Below are positions 28,785 through 42,445 of a DNA stretch of 64,000 bases, one piece after another. A model generated the notes under the pieces. That model made no database searches. It was not told the DNA's origin and saw nothing but the letters and a program-made list of their open reading frames with translations. Location: assembly GCA_964016885.1 (NCBI GenBank), contig OZ024740.1:55614001-55678000 (forward strand). The letters run 5' to 3'. The translations under genes and the position numbers were made by a program. The DNA comes from Eledone cirrhosa. Lineage: Eukaryota. The number at the start of each line of letters is the position of its first letter. Within the stretch, counting starts at the first letter, position 1.

Positions 28785-30292
28785 AAATACGCTATACTTC
28801 ACATCTTTTGATATCCTACTTGTTGTTGCTGTTGTTGTTGTTCCAATTTGTCTTTTATTCATTTATTTATTTCACTAATTTATTATATTTTTGTCTCTTT
28901 CTTATAAATTCTTCTGACACGTATTAACATCAGTTTATTTGCATTGCGACTGACTATTAGAAAATACGAAAGCGTTAAACAGCAGAAATAATTATTGCCA
29001 TCCACATGGGAAAGTACTGCTTAAATAATGTATCCAGTAGCAAACGGCTTAAAATAAAACAGGAAAGATGGTTAAATAAGAAGAACGCAGCGAAGAAAAT
29101 ATGGCAGCTTTTTTTTCCTCCATTTTGTTTGTTTGTTTATATTCTATTGCATCTTGTTTGTTTTTGTAATAAACGAATGGGAAATATTATCAAGGCGTTT
29201 ATTGTTAGCTCCAGCTGAGCACAGAAATTATTTTCACTTGTCTCTTTGCTATGCTTTGCTTTACGTTGGGAAATTTTTTCCTCTTCTCTTCAATCACTTA
29301 TACATTATAAGTCACGTGACAGAACATTTCTATAACATCACTAACAGAGTAATAGAACGGCGCCATTTTTTGTTTTGTTTTCTTTTCTTTTCTTTAATCT
29401 TTTTTCTATTTGCCACTTTCATCTACTTTCAATTTCTCTCTTCGCCTTTGCTACATCTTCAGAGACGCGCGGCTTTTCTTATTTTGAAACATCTATCTAT
29501 TCAACATCAGCATTGACATCATCATCCGCAATATCATTATGATGATCACTACCAGCAGCAGCATCTCTCCTCAATCATCATTATCAACTACTAACTCTCC
29601 AACTCACCACCACAGTTACTACAACCATGACCATTATCACCACCATCATCAACAGTAGCATCACAATTATGCAGACCATCATCAACATCATCACCAAAAT
29701 CGTCTACAACATCATCACTACAACTATCATCAATATCGTTTTCATTATCAACATCAATGTCATCATGCGAGCTTCCCTATCTGCCTGGCCATCAAATATG
29801 CGTTGTATATTTCTATGTTTTTACAGTTTGTTTGATTCTAAAATTTAACGGCATTTCTTTCTATATATTTTTTTCGATATTTAAATTCATATATTAAATT
29901 GTTTATTATCACATTTTTTTTTATGCTTTTCCTTTCAATGATACTGTTCTGAAGCGTCTGAGTTAGATATAGATTCATCTACTATACATAGTTATTCTTT
30001 AATTCAAAACCGAATTCCTATCTACGGCCAATTCCTGTCAAAACCCATTCCTATCTACGTGTGACGCATAAAATCTAGTTCCCCAAGCTGAGCTAAATGG
30101 ATGTAGTTTACCCCAGGAAGAATAACCTAAGGTAGAATTATGTTCTGTTCAGGAGACTGCCTATTTGTACGCTAAAACGAGACGAAGAAGCGACATTTTA
30201 TATTTCATGCGGTGCTTATATTTATCATCATTCTAATTGCACACCCGATATTCCGGATTCGTATATATATATATATTTATATATATATATAT

Positions 30293-30665
30293 ACTATAAA
30301 GTATGTCCATAGAATCATTTGATAATATATATACACACCATTTCCTCTCCCAATTAGCATAATCAACCACACAAAAAACCAATTAAACCAGGCTATAAGA
30401 TTAAAAGACACCTATGAAGAAATAGTAGATAAATAAACGACAGCAATCTATTCGCGATCAACCGCTATAGAATATTTACCCAACATTTCAATAGCACGTG
30501 GAAATCGATTAAATATACCGTCAATCATACACAATTAGGTATAAAATTAAAGTTAGAAGAACAAATGCATATACACATACCAGGATTACATTTCTACCCT
30601 TAGGGTTTCGTTCACTTTCGGAAATATCCTATCAAGGATAAATTCTCGAGCTTAGAACTCATCAA
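30293..30665 (-). mobile_element. 5'-truncated copy of the 41.7-42.4 kb HHR element
   Basis: Reverse complement aligns with 42066-42445. HHR remnant UUGAUGA-GUUC...GAAC-GAAAC-CCUAAGG-GUA. Confidence 0.8.
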
Positions 30666-30700
30666 TTATATGTATATATATATATATTTAATATAGAAAT

Positions 30701-30751
30701 GGCTTCTACAGGACTAGAACTGTTTCATTCGGAGGAAATCATCAGAAAGCC
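30701..30751 (-). ncRNA. type I hammerhead ribozyme in a palindromic mini-element (30690-30880)
   Basis: GGCUUU-CUGAUGA-U-UUC cucc GAA-U-GAA-ACAG uucuaguc CUGU-A-GAAGCC. The opposite arm is a damaged copy. Confidence 0.8.
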
Positions 30752-30899
30752 TTTTGATGATTTCCTCCGAATGAAACAGTTCTAGTCCTGCCATTTCTAT
30801 ATATATTAAATTACTTTTACTCTGCTATGTATTGAGTACCATACTTACTGTGGTTATCCCCGATTTAACCCGGGATCTACATATATATATATATATTTC

Positions 30900-32895
30900 A
30901 ACCTCTCTATACAGGTTGAGGCCAATCTCTCGGTCGTTAATTACCTCGATGTTACCCTCAATTTATTGAATGGGTTGTATTACCCGTATAGAAAGCCGAA
31001 TGATACGCTTAATTTCATAAGTAAGCATTCCAACCATCCTGCCAGCATAACCAAGAACCTGGTAAAAAACGTTTCGTTGGGGCTTTCCCGTCTTTCCACC
31101 AACGAGCGCATTTTCAACGACCATTCCACTTATTACAATGAAGCTCTTGCTCGAAATGGATTTGTCGATAAGGTAGCATATACAGAGTACAAAAATAGAC
31201 CTAGAAGAAATAGATCCCGTCGCATTTGTTTGGTTTAACCCACCATATAATATGGAGGTGGCCACACCATTAGCTAAGATCTTTCTTTCCCTTATTACGA
31301 AGAATTTTCCCCCTACACATAAATATAGTAACATTTTTAATAGAAATACTATTAAAATTTCTTACTCTACGACTCTTAACCTTGCACATAACATCACAGC
31401 TTCAAATTTAGCTAAACTACCTAGCCGTAGGAACACGTGCAACCCTGTAGTTAGTACTAACTGTAATTGTAGGAATCGGGCTGATTGCCCCCTATCCGGG
31501 AAATGCCTCTCTAGTAACATTGTCTACAAATGTAAGGTTGTAACACCCACGTCCCGTAGGGCCTACATAGGGTACCGCCAATAGTTTCAAGCAGCGTCTT
31601 TACATGCATACCCATTCTTTTCGTTACCCTCTAAGAAGGAATATGACGTCACTTTCAGCTTATATCTGGAGTCTAGAAGACAACCACACCCAATATAAGT
31701 TACACTGGGAGATCCTAGCTAGGGCTAGATCGTATAACGGAAATAAAATACCATGTGACCTCTGCGCCGTTGAGGCCCTGGAAATACTCTACACCACAGA
31801 CCACATCTTAAACAAAAAATCTGAGGCAATTTCGGCTTGTAAACATAAATTGCACAAAACTTTCCTGTATTACAGCCCCACGTTATACCCTAACGGATAG
31901 CACGATCTATACGTGGATATTTTACGTCTTGATGTGGGAGCTAAGTATATGTTTTGTTTATTCCTTTACTTATTTGCATAGGTAAGTATATATTACCCGT
32001 ATGTTTTTCGAAGGTATGTATACCTTCTCGTACGTATATTTGACTGTTTGGCGTATAATTTTTACATATTCTGGTATTTAGGGTTTGGCTATGTGTATAC
32101 GGGAGTTTTGCGTCTGCGTGAGTATGCAGGTTCGTACGTATGGTGGGTGTGTGTATATGTGTACTTCTTGTTTTAGTTGACTTACGCATCCGAACATTCG
32201 TGTATTTATTTGTAGGTATGTGTGTGCGCTTGTTATATACGTATTTATTTACTTATATACGTTTATATAATTATTTATTTATTTGTACACAAGCATACAC
32301 ACACACACATATTTATATGTGCTTGGTTTTGTATACCTATGGTAAGGTTTTGCGTATGCTTGTGTACGTATCTGTTAGCGTGTATGTATTTATTTGTTTC
32401 TATTACTTCTGTATTTTATTTATTTACTTTGTTCTTAACTCGTTAGCGGAGATTCATTTGGTCTCCTAGTTAGAATTTTAGTCTACAACTTCTACTATAC
32501 CATTTACGTGGTTTTGTCTTTGCGTGCTATTGTTCTCCACGCTCCACATATGACTTATTATCTTCGTTTTTTTGTTCATTGCCAGAGAACGTCTCTATGC
32601 ACCACCTAAGAGAACATTAGTCTACGACCTCTTTTATACCATAAACGTGGTTCTGTCTTTGCGCGTAATTGTTTTTCACCGCTCCTATTAATGACGTATT
32701 ATTCTTTTTTTCCCGTTCTTTGCCAGCGAACGTTTCCACGAACCAACGTATCGTCTTCCTGTCTTCCTCCGGTTGCAACGTTTTTTGAAATATCCAGTTC
32801 TGCGTTTACAGATGACTTTGTTAGTTTCAGAAGATCCCGTTAAGGGTGAAAGCAGCGATTCTTTGCTTAAACTTTAATCTGTTATTTTAATAAAT
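30900..32895 (+). mobile_element. 5'-truncated Naiad-type PLE with 3' UTR
   Basis: NYLDVTLNL, FISKHSNHP, IKISYS, CNCRNRADCPLSGKC, IVYKC..AYIG and CDLC..LNKKSE..CKH. Frameshifted ORFs span 30966-31900. Confidence 0.9.
32823..32873 (+). ncRNA. hammerhead ribozyme, U4A variant, at the PLE 3' end
   Basis: AGUUU-CAGAAGA-U-CCC guuaa GGG-U-GAA-AGCA...UGCU-U-AAACU, followed by AATAAA. Confidence 0.65.
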
Positions 32896-32909
32896 ATATA
32901 TATATAAAC

Positions 32910-33017
<108 letters not shown>

Positions 33018-34244
33018 TGTGTGTGTGTGTGTATTTATTTATATAGTATTTAACGAATCTAATCGGATATAATATAATCCTAATAGTTCCGCACCCTTTT
33101 CTCACATTTAAACATTTTATAAGAACCGTATTTTAGAAATAATAAGTTATAATTCAGAGTGCAGACATTATTGTTAATTAGTAAATATTAGCCGTTTTGA
33201 GGTAAGCAAGATTGGTAGGAAATTCTAAAAACTGAATGTAGGCCTAAGCTCTCAACCAGGTTAGTTAGATACAGTAAAAAGTTGCAGCGAATATATAAAT
33301 CGAACCAAGATGAAACAAAAGCGTTCAATTTACGATGATTAAAAGCAAATCCAATAACTTGGAGTGGAGATAAACAAATATTGTTTAACGAAGCTAATCG
33401 TTTCGAATGCCTACAGCTCCACCTCATATTTACTCACTCACATTTTTTATAACAAACGTATATTAGATATACCAATATATAATTTAGAGTACACAAAATT
33501 CCATTAATTATTAAGTATAAACTGTGACGTGTGGCTATTGTTACTGCATGCATATAGGTCTGTATATTTGTATGTCTATCTTATATATATATTGTGTGTG
33601 ATTAGGTATTCCCGTCCTCTACAGGTTTTCAGTGACATTCGTTTGGCCACTGTGATTTTTGGGCTTTATTATTATTACAAGTGATACCGCCTATTTTGAT
33701 ACTTATACTAGTTTACTTTTCAGCAGAACTGTTCTGTTAGGAAATGGATCGCAAGTGGCGAATAGGGATATGCCACGAGATATGATAGTTAGGCTCATTT
33801 CAAGCGGGCATCTGGCGGACGAGCAAGCAGCTCTGGATAAACAGTTGTAGACTAATGGAGAGGATATGGCAATGGGTGACACGTTTAGCTCTTACTAAAC
33901 TCTCAGAACCCAATGATGTAACTACAATTAGGTCAGTAAAGGCTGCCTCGAAAAAGGCCTCAATTTCAAGGGTCTGAGAAAAGTAACAGACTGGTGACCG
34001 TTAAGAATATAGAACACTAAAATTTCAAAATCGTTAGAGGCAAGAAATACAATCATACCGCAAATCCTTAATGCGAGTTAACAAGAGAGGCGTTCGGGCT
34101 TTAGTTTGTTGTACCTTTTAGAAGAATAGTTTGCAATATCCATGGTGTAAGTATATCCAATATGTCTGCAACATGTCTTGGGAGGATTGGGACAGATGCA
34201 CAAGGATTGCGTATCACAAGACCCAAAAGAGGGTTCGGAAGAAG

Positions 34245-34770
34245 GCATATCTTAATTATAGGAACATGGACCATTACAACTCTTACAGGTAATGAGCAGG
34301 AGTTGGTAGGATAAGCCACACGATACCGGATAGATACAATGGGAGTTTCATCAACAGTTGTGTGGCTTTGGCAGTGTAGAATTGGAAAGGGGATGGCAAT
34401 TCCATCCACTATTCATGTGTGGTGCCAGATATGAGTGCACATGTGAGAGTAGGGCTACACAAAAATCACAGCAGTGCGAATGTGCTGCGGACTGAAACCC
34501 ATTGAGAAGCAGGATTTGCTTCTTGAAATTTAGGCTGAAAGATAGGACTTTATGGGTGGTGCAAGTTTCTGCACCAAACAGAGTGTCTGAATGCAGATCA
34601 TTCTTTGATGAAGTCACTGCAGCATTAGATGTAGTTATGATTGAGTCATATATGCTAATTCAGACTTCAATGCGTATGTTGGCAATGAGCACTTGACATT
34701 GGAAGGAACGGTATTCCTTATCAAAATAGGAATGGAAAGGCTTCACTAGACATCATTTCTAGTAATGGGA
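34245..34770 (+). mobile_element. decayed APE-type endonuclease fragment of an RTE LINE
   Basis: LIIGTWTITTLTGNEQELV, LWVVQVSAPN and DFNAYVG remnants. Confidence 0.7.
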
Positions 34771-34789
34771 TCTCTATTTTGTGTCCCAC

Positions 34790-35304
34790 CACCCTTCTTT
34801 AGTCTGGAAAGCAGGCAGTTTTTATCTGCCAGGGTGAATGAGGTCGTATGTTGGATGTGTCTAAAATGACTGAAGACGGGCAGTTTCCTCTTCGGTGACA
34901 CTCTCAATTACATTTTTCAGGTTTCAACTGAAAAGTAAAATCAGCGTGGAGAGGGAAGTCCTTCCATTCAGACAATTTGTTGAAAGGCGGGTGAGAGAGG
35001 CAAGAATGGCCCGTGTAAATAGAACTGCTCTGAGCGAATACCTGTAGTATTCAGGAAGGTCAACTGGGAGATATTGCTTGACAGCGCTGAGGGTCACCGT
35101 GGCTTTTGTGGGCTTTCTCCTTGAGTAACCCTTAGAGTCTCCTCACCTTTAGGAAATTTGTTATGTTTGTCGTTTTTAAATGTATATTTTATTAATCTTT
35201 GTTATAAATTCTATTTCATACAAAAAAATACGAACACTGAATCGTCCTGTACCGTCTTTAATACCTCCTTAATATGAGCCCTGTGTGGCTAATAAAGAAA
35301 ACAT
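34790..35304 (+). mobile_element. probable Tx1/L1-like LINE 3' end followed by (TTC)n
   Basis: NEVVCW..FFRFQLKSKISVERE..FVERR resembles a Tx1-type C-terminus. It ends in gccctgtgtggctaataaag, also seen at 28721 and 36151. Confidence 0.45.
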
Positions 35305-35389
35305 TCTTCTTCTTCTTCTTCTTCTTCTTCTTCTTCTTCTTCTTCTTCTTCTTCTTCTTCTTCTTCTTCTTCGCTGACTTATTTCTAAA

Positions 35390-35960
35390 CGTTCCTAATT
35401 GATCGGCCTGGAACCCCAAGTGAGATTAGTCGAACTCATGGATGTTATCCAACCATTTACACGTCGTCTTCATCTGGGTTTCCTGCCGGTTGATTTTGCC
35501 CGTAAAATCTCCCCAGCGATTCTTTCCTGGGTTATTATAAATATATATGGTTTCTCAGTTAGGAGATGTCACGGCTTTACCTGGAGCAACTCTTTGATCT
35601 CCAAGCTACGCACTCTCTCGAGTAACGTTACTCGAAAGACCGTTCGGAGGAATCCTCTTGTATTCTAGTTAGGATTCTTACTGTAATTGCGAAAGATTCA
35701 AGGCCATATTTTAGGGTTGCACGAATAAAGAATTAAAGATAGTGACCTTCGTTTTATACACTCCTCCTTTATTCTAATGAACAAATGATGAAACTGGAGC
35801 ATGATTGCACCTGCTCTTGCAATGCATACTCTTAATTCAGACTTCTACCTCCCATCACTCGTGAACACGGCCACGAGATAACTGAAATTCTCCACCTGCT
35901 TCAGTGGAATTCTATTCATATCTGCGCAGGCTTCCTTCGGCACTCGGCATCGAACTTATC
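35390..35960 (-). mobile_element. decayed RTE RT C-terminal fragment
   Basis: Minus strand gives QVENFSYLVAVFTSDGR..ELRVCIARA. Confidence 0.6.
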
Positions 35961-37094
35961 AATGCATGTTGTAGATCACTTTCTCTGTCCCCTCTCTCTA
36001 TATATATACACACCCACCTATGTATGTACGTATGTATGTATGTATCGATCTATCTATCTACATATATATATATGTATCTATCTGTGATAATATTTTACAC
36101 GTTTTTATTGTATGTAAACTTCCCCCTTTGTATTTGTCCCCTTCTTTTGTGCCCCTGTGGCTAATAAAGATACATATCTATCTACATATATATATATGTG
36201 TGTGTGTGTGTGTGTATCTATATATATATCTGTGTGTATAACTATTTATCTGTTTATCTACCTGTTTATCTATATATCGGTCTATCTAGCGATATATCTA
36301 TTTTTCTTTCTCTCCTCCCAATTTCTCTCTCTCTCTCCCCCTCTTTCTGATATATATATAGAGAGAGAGGGGGAGAGAAAGTTAATCCATATATCAATGT
36401 AGGTTCACACGATAGGTATAGTAAAGAGGAAATATCCCAGCAGTGTCCGGCTGCTTCAAATTGATTTTCACATTTATCATTTATTTGCTTATTTGTGTTC
36501 TTTGTTGTTCTGTCAGTCAGATTAGTAATGTGTCAGGGGTTCGAGAGATGTTTGAAATCCACTCATGCATGGAGCTTGTAGTATACAATGGAATGATGTC
36601 GAAAGTTATCATGTGGTGTTGGAGATTGTCATTAGTATTGTGAACTTTGCCAACGATTTTTCCATACTATTAACAATTATTGTCCATGAATAAATGTTTA
36701 TTCATGTCAACTATTCTTAACTGTATCGATTAATGCCCACTATCACTGTATTCATACTAATAGTCTCTTCATTAGAATTTCAACCCCCATTTGTCAGTTT
36801 ACTAGTATTATATCACGGTTAATTAATTGAGCACACAACCCAACAAAAGATTGAGTTGTATGCTCAATACATTTATAATGACAACAAGAGCAAAACAGTC
36901 ACAAGCACAATTCTAACTACAATTGAAATCCGCAAATTACGCGCAAGAAATTGTTTGATTTCTCAGTAAATAAAACAAGATATGATAAATTACTTATCAG
37001 ATTTGAAACTATGTAGTATACAACACCACGTGTAGAATCAATAGAAAATACGAATTAGAACCATGCTAAATATGATAAATATTATAAAGTAAAA

Positions 37095-37380
37095 TATATA
37101 TATTTAATATAGAAACGGCTTCTACAGGACTAGAACTGTTTCATTCAGAGGAAATCATCTGTTATATATTGCGTACCTTACTTACTGTGGGTACCCCCGA
37201 TTGAATCCGGGATAAACATATATATATATATATATTTGTGTGTGTGTGTGTCTGAGTGTGTTCAATCGGGGGTAACCACAGTAAATAAGGTACTCAATAC
37301 ATAGCAGAGTATAAATATTTAATATAGAAATGGCTTCTTCCTTGGAATGAAACAATTCTAGTCCTGTAGAAACCATTACT
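37095..37380. repeat. rearranged copies of the 30.7-kb mini-element
   Basis: Shares ggcttctacaggactagaactgtttcattc and cttactgtgg..ccccgatt in both orientations. Confidence 0.8.
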
Positions 37381-37399
37381 ATATATATATATATATATT

Positions 37400-39107
37400 T
37401 ATACTTTGGGAGGGTCATGTTGCCAATAAGAAACACACGCACCAGTCGCTTTGACTTCAATTTATTATAAATTAAATTTATAAATTTAGGAATTTATAAA
37501 TTTCCGGTTGGTTGGTTGGTTCCACAACCAGATGGTTGTTTGTATATTGTCAAAGTTCTTTCGTCACACATTCTGGACCTCTTTAGTGACTGGGGGTTCT
37601 TTTCTTTGTTTTTTCTGCCTCTCCTTTGTTCTGTCCTACGCCATCTTGTTTTTGTGTGTGTTGTGTGCTTAGTTTGCGCATGTGTTACATCCGGGTGTCT
37701 GTGTGTGTTTATATTTGTTTATTTATTTGTTTATTTACATGTTACTAGTTGGTTGTTTGTTCTATGTGTGTGTGTTTTCATTTTGTCCTTAATTGTAAGT
37801 TGCGATGTTGCTGTTCCATTCATGTTTTATATTTAATTTAGGTTGGAGTTCATTTATGTTTATTGCCTCTGTGATTTGTCTAAACATTGCGTCTTTTCTG
37901 TGTGTAGATTCTATTTTTATTTCTATGTTCTCTAATTTACCCTTATGTTCTATTTTAGCATGTTGGTTGAGTATTTATGATTCTTTTCTATCTTGAAGCT
38001 CTCGCCAGTGTTCATTTAACCGTCCTCATATACTACGAGCTATCTCACCTATGTACACTATATTTTTATCTCTACATTGTCCTTCAGTACATTTTATGCT
38101 ATATACTACATTTCTAGTTTTACAATTAATATGGGGGCTTAATTTACAGATTATACATTTCTTATCTATACAGGGAGGTCTTTGAAAAGAGTATGTCTTG
38201 CTAATAAGTGTTTTTATGGAGGTACATGGTCTTTCTACTATCTTAATATTGAGGTTATGTTTATCTAGGGCCCTTCTAAATTTGTAAGCTAATTCACCTC
38301 TAGGGGTTGTATCGATGAACATTACACTCTGGTATTTATTGCTATCATACCATGAGTTTATTCTATTAACCTTATTCCTAGTTCTTTCTATTCTATTCCA
38401 AAATTTGCTCCTATACAAGGGGCAGGTCCCATTTGTATCATTATTTACTATTTTTTCCCATTTGGTTCTGGCTCCTCTATATACTCTGATTTTATCTTTC
38501 TGATTGTAACCAGAGAATTGCATACGGTGGATGAAGTGTTGTATGTGTCTCTCTAGTTCTTAGGGGTTGCACATGCGGTACACGTTTCTCATCACCCGTA
38601 CCAAATCAGCAATCAGTATGTTGATTTTCGTATGGTTCGAAACAGCTGAGTTTCGGTGGATCAGATAATTGGAAGTCATGGGTTTGGCATAATGGGAATT
38701 GAGGATTTGTTTTTTGTTATTAATGGTATCTAACCAGAGCTCTGTGTCAAGTACAGGTAATCGATGTTTGTGTAGTTTGCTTGGGTAGTCTATAATAACT
38801 CTGATACTCTGGTGGATGGAGTTAGCTATTTGCTGGATGCTCTCCATGGTGGTTTTCTCTAATTCCTGACTGTTCTCTAGTGGGGGTGTTTTTACTACGA
38901 TGTTTATATCATCAACGTAGCGGGAGTACATTATCAGGGTTAAAAGGTTGCTGTCTTCTAATTGTTCTTTAAGTTTAAGTTTAAGTCTATTGTCCCACCA
39001 TACCATGAATAGGTTAGCTATGTCACCTGCAATGCTAACACCAATGGCTGCTCCCTCCTCTTGTTAGTGATGTGGGGTTGCATTGCCTAGTTGTAGTTTG
39101 ACAGACA
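37400..39107 (-). mobile_element. PLE, left (inverted, internally deleted) arm
   Basis: ORFs 38560-39006 (YSRYVDD) and 38026-38523 (VVYSIKC..YIGE) mirror 39948-41607. Confidence 0.92.
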
Positions 39108-39154
39108 AGTCTGGCAGAATGTCGGTTGACAGTCTGTCAAACAATATCTAAGCA

Positions 39155-41218
39155 ATGCAACCCCACATCACTAACACAAGAGAAGGAACACCACAAGAGC
39201 ATGTGGATAGGGAAAAAACCCTCAATGCCCATATGATGATGTGGACAAATATATTGCAGCCCAACAAAAGGACTGCCAACAACTTCCAGGCCAGGAACGA
39301 TGACGTGCCAGCGTTGTGTGGGCTTCGAAAAGATCATAAAACGAGCAGTGACCCTGTCACAGTACCACGAACACGGCCAGTCTGTGGAGCTAACATTGCT
39401 AGTAACTACAGACTTTCCTACTTCCTCTCCCTGATCATACGCCCCATCATTAAAATGTCCCCAGATATATGTGACAGCACGGAGGACCTCCTCAGCAGAA
39501 TCGGCGAGAGTAACCGATCTAGGGACCTAACAAACTGCATAATAGGTAGTATGGATGTTGTGTCCCTGTATCCATCTATTGACGTGGATTTTGCTGTGGA
39601 GAAATGCGTAGAAATGATCAGTGAGAGCAATGTTGAATTCCGTGGGATTGATACCAGTGAGCTGGGACTCCTACTTAAACTTACCTATAGTAATAATTAT
39701 ACTTATAGTAATAATTATCTAGACACATATGACCTTAGCAACCTGTGCCCTACAAGACCAGCAAGAGGCAGACCACCTACCATTACCTCAATGGCCAAGA
39801 AAACCCACACAGATAGATGGACCAGAGCCATACGGACCCCCGAAAACCACGATGAACTAAAGAAAATGATTGCACATGCGGTGGAGACCAGTATAAAATT
39901 AACCCTTAAGGAACATATATTCAAATTTAATGGAAAAACATATGCCCAAGAGGAGGGAGCAGCCATTGGTGTTAGCATTGCAGGTGACATAGCTAACCTA
40001 TTCATGGTATGGTGGGACAATAGACTTAAACTTAAACTTAAAGAACAATTAGAAGACAGCAACCTCTTAATCCTGATAATTTACTCCCGCTACGTTGATG
40101 ATATAAACATCGTAGTAAAAACACCCCCACTAGAGAACAGTCAGGAATTAGAGAAAAACACCATGGAAAGCATCCAGCAAATAGCTAACTCCATCCACCA
40201 GAGTATCAGAGTTACTATAGACTACCCAAGCAAACACCCCAACCATCGATTACCTGTACTAGACACAGAGCTCTGGTTAGATACCATTAATAACAAAAAA
40301 CAAATCCTCCATTCCCATTATGCCAAACCCATGACTTCCAAATATCTGATCCACCGAAACTCAGCTGTTTCGGATCATACCAAATCAACATACTGATTGC
40401 GGATTTGGTACGGGTGATGAGAAACGTGTACCGCATGTGCAACCCCAAAGAACTAGAGAGACACATACAACACTTCATCCACCGTAGCAGTTCTCTGGTT
40501 ACAATCACAGAGATAACATCAGAGTATATAGAGGAGCCAGAACCAAATGGGAAAAAATGGTAAATAATGATACATATGGGACCTGCCCCTTGTACAGGAG
40601 CAAATTTTGGAATAGAATAGAAAGAACTAGGAATAAGGTTAATAGAATAAACTCATAGTATGATAGCAATAAATACCAGAGTCTAATGTTCATCGATACA
40701 ACCCCTAGAGGTGAATTAGCTTACAAATTAGAAGGGCCCTAGATAAACATAAACTCAATATTAAGATAGTAGAAAGACCAGGTACCTCCATAAAAACATT
40801 TATTAACAATACATACCCTTTTCAAAGACCTCCCTGTATAGATAAGAAATGTATAATCTGTAAATTAAGCCCCCATATTAACTGTAAAACTAGAAATGTA
40901 GTATATAGTATAAGATGTACTGAAGGACAATATAGCGATAAGAATATAGTGTACATAGGTGAGACAGCTCGTAGTATAGGGGAACGGATAAATGAACACT
41001 GGCAAGAACTTCAAGATAGTAAAGAATCATCTGTACACCACCAACATGCTAAAATAGAACATAAGGGTAAATTAGAGAACATAGAAATAAAAATAGAATC
41101 TACACACAGAAAAGACGCAATGTTTAGACAAATCACAGAGGCAATAAACATAAATGAACTCCAACCTAAATTAAATATAAAACATGAATGGAACAGCAAC
41201 ATCGCAACTTACAATTAA
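39155..41218 (+). pseudogene. PLE RT-endonuclease ORF, frameshifted
   Basis: 413-aa RT ORF followed by broken frames up to the GIY-YIG ORF at 40949-41218. Confidence 0.9.
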
Positions 41219-41416
41219 GGACAAAATGAAAACACACACACATAGAACAAACAACCAACTAGTAACATGTAAATAAACAAATAAATAAACAAATATAAAC
41301 ACACACAGACACCCGGATGTAACACATGCGCAAACTAAGCACACAGCACACACAAAAACAAGATGGCGTAGAACAAAAACAAAGGAGAGGCACAAAAACA
41401 AAGAAAAGAATCCCCA

Positions 41417-41459
41417 GTAACTGAAGAGGTCACTAAATGTGTGACGAAAGAACTTTGAC
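41417..41459 (+). ncRNA. hammerhead ribozyme in the PLE terminal region (mirror copy 37549-37590, minus strand)
   Basis: GUAA-CUGAAGA-G-GUCAC..GUGAC-GAAAG-AA-CUU-UGAC. The mirror copy has stem I GUCA/UGAC. Confidence 0.7.
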
Positions 41460-41667
41460 AATATATAAACAACCATCTGGTTGTGGAACCAACCAACCAA
41501 CCGGAAATTTATAAATTCTAAATTTATAAATTTAATTTATAATAAATTGAAGTGAAAGCGACTGGTACGTGCGTTGCTTATTGGCAACATGACCCTCCCA
41601 AGTATAACAATATCGGTTTCAACACACGTTTTCAGATAAAGAATCTTGCTAAACAAATTCAGAAACG

Positions 41668-41707
<40 letters not shown>

Positions 41708-41713
41708 ATGGTA

Positions 41714-42445
41714 ATATTATCAAATAATTATCTGGACATGCTTTACTCTATAGTATCTCGCTTTGATTAATTTATTAATTCTCGACTGAGCCGCATCGTG
41801 AAAAGTTGCATAAACACATATATACCTGTGACTTTGTTTAATTGGTGTCTGTGTAAATATTTATATTTAATAATCTCCCATAAGGTTGAGATAAAAATTT
41901 GGGCGATATTGGGCTGCGCTTTCTAGCAACCAACCCACTCGCCGCAAGCAACCAATCACACCCTTCCTGACTTGACCAATGCCACGTCACAGTTCTCAAC
42001 CATTTTGAATTCGTGTTTGGCGAGGGCCACTTCGGAAAATAATATGTCCTAGTGAGTTTATCCCCTGAAGAGCTCTAAACTCGAGTATGAACCTTAAATA
42101 AGGTATCTCAAAAGTGAGCGAAACCCATGGGTCGGGATTTAGTGATTTAATCTTGGTATGTATATAAGCATTTCTAACATTAATTGTTACCTAATTATGT
42201 ATGGTTGACCGTATATTTAATTAATTTCCACGTGCTGTTGAAATGTTGGGTAAAAATTCTATAGCGGTTGCACGCGAAGACGCCACGATAGCGTGCGTAT
42301 TTATTCACTGTTTCTTCATGGATGCCTTTTATTCTTATAGCCTGGTCTAATTGATTTTTTGTGTGGTTAATTATGCTGATTGGGAGTAGAGATGATGTAT
42401 ATATATTATCAAATATTTCTCTGGGCATGCTTTACTCTATAGTAT
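41714..42445 (+). mobile_element. non-coding retrozyme-like unit with ~43-bp terminal direct repeat, in (TA)n
   Basis: atattatcaaata..ctgg.catgctttactctatagtat occurs at 41714-41756 and 42403-42445, with an internal HHR. Confidence 0.75.
42060..42138 (+). ncRNA. canonical type I hammerhead ribozyme
   Basis: AUCCC-CUGAAGA-GCUC..GAGC-GAAAC-CCAUGG-GUC-GGGAU; all core bases and three stems are intact. Confidence 0.9.

Larger units (their letters stand above)
39132..41607 (+). mobile_element. PLE, right arm (RT, GIY-YIG and 3' terminal region)
   Basis: SMDVVSLYPSI, GAAIGVSIAGDIANLFM, YSRYVDD, LPVLD and YIGETARSIGERINEH. Confidence 0.93.
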
